This document shows positions 63,301-64,000 of a stretch of 64,000 nt of DNA, in pieces; within the stretch, counting starts at the first letter, position 1, and the number at the start of each line of letters is the position of its first letter. The notes below the pieces were generated by a model that did no database searches, was not told the DNA's origin, and saw only the letters and a list, made by a program, of their open reading frames with translations. Origin of the DNA: Amoebophrya sp. A120 (Eukaryota > Protista > Dinoflagellata); NCBI GenBank assembly GCA_905178155.1, contig CAJINV010000027.1, positions 123,697-187,696 on the forward strand, in the 5' to 3' direction. The position numbers were made by a program, and so were the translations under genes.

Positions 63301-64000
63301 AAGATTTATTGTGTAGCATGATTTGTGATCACAAATCACGTTGTCATGCTAGAAGGGAAGTAGAGATGCGGATTTTGTAGTGCTGGCTGGCGTAGGAAAG
63401 CCGTGCGCCTTGAGCACGACAGGAAGCTGCAACTGGAACCGGTAAACAGCATAACAAATTGCCTGCAAACGAGGTGGCCACAACTGCGTCTCTTGGCCTT
63501 CTAGCAATACAAGTCGATTTGTGTACTCAAATACAGCAACACAAATTTCGTTTTCGATTTCGACGAGAGGGGAGATTTTTCCTCACAATAGCACATACAC
63601 CAGAGTTACTGGCTGGAGTACCGGATCAAACCCTTGCGACGGTGCTACAGTATCAACTGCAAAAATGTCTGTGTCTGGAAACTTGTGATGCAAGAACGGG
63701 AATAGTGAACTCACTATAACACGCTGCCAAGCATGACAAGTGTTTTCCATGGCTCTGAGTTGCGTACTCTGCATGAGAAACTGCGGTTTTGCATGACAGG
63801 GAGGAGGAGCTCTTCGCGGCCATGCAACACAGAGTTCAGAGTCGTGCCAGACAAGCATGACAATTCTCGCAATCTCCCAGACCACCCGGACATTTTTGCA
63901 TTTGATATACAGGAAGTACCTGCAAGAATACACCCAGGAAGACGGGCTTTTTTGGGGGGACGAGGTCATCCCCATCTCCGAGACCCAAAACTCGCGAGGA
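60304..64000 (+). CDS. SET-domain lysine methyltransferase (SETD3/SETD4/Rubisco-LSMT-like), partial; N-terminal hydrophobic anchor; 9 introners
   Basis: Spliced motifs LFTWLK, MRGLVAAKDLRAGEDIACIS, LWVAEE..SAFKHYFPML and HPMYW follow the LSMT-type SET order; frame is open to the window end. Confidence 0.75.
60799..61132. mobile_element. Introner family C
   Basis: DR actgc/actgc. Confidence 0.88.
61184..61444. mobile_element. Introner family A-like
   Basis: TIR; DR decayed (ctact/cgaga). Confidence 0.85.
61534..61785. mobile_element. Introner family A
   Basis: TIR; DR aagga/aagga. Confidence 0.9.
61832..62082. mobile_element. Introner family A
   Basis: TIR; DR acgaa/acgaa. Confidence 0.9.
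62232..62499. mobile_element. Introner family A
   Basis: TIR; DR tgcgc/tgcgc. Confidence 0.9.
62583..62834. mobile_element. Introner family E
   Basis: DR cggaa/cggaa. Confidence 0.88.
62915..63175. mobile_element. Introner family A
   Basis: DR aagaa/aaaca. Confidence 0.85.
63263..63590. mobile_element. Introner family C
   Basis: DR gcaca/gcaca. Confidence 0.88.
63651..63907. mobile_element. Introner family A
   Basis: TIR; DR tacag/tacag. Confidence 0.9.

Noticed and set aside
118-63907. CRISPR array or protein repeat suggested by recurring peptides (CKNVWVWK, FQTQTF, PDPDIF, LCKSIVLV)
   Set aside because: These are translations of introner TIRs: dispersed, inverted, and not repeat-spacer arrays; no cas genes.
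1-64000. rRNA, tRNA or spliced-leader RNA genes
   Set aside because: None recognised by eye; an Infernal or tRNAscan-SE search would be needed.

Overview
Eukaryotic genomic DNA, most consistent with the parasitic dinoflagellate Amoebophrya (Syndiniales); this assignment is an inference from intron structure. About 74 short elements (~150-450 bp, at least 7 recurring families plus singletons) have terminal inverted repeats (TIRs) reading TAT...ATA and are flanked by 5-bp direct repeats (DR). Removing each element plus one DR copy by hand joins the fragmented ORFs into long open frames, so they behave as non-GT-AG 'introner' introns. Spliced this way, the window holds ~10 genes, all on the + strand. 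(1) A ~1400-aa DUF4116-repeat membrane protein. (2) A low-complexity protein. (3) A 1159-aa signal peptide + RNase H-like + ~18 MORN repeat protein. (4) A 1065-aa cytochrome b5 + MOSC/mARC + cytochrome b5 reductase fusion, i.e. the three-component mARC N-reductive chain in one polypeptide. The rest are several hypotheticals and a SET-domain methyltransferase running off the 3' end. There are also nested introners, a separate class of ~1-3 kb inserts flanked by 30-95 bp direct repeats, intergenic repeats and assembly gaps. Gene models are manual reconstructions without RNA evidence.
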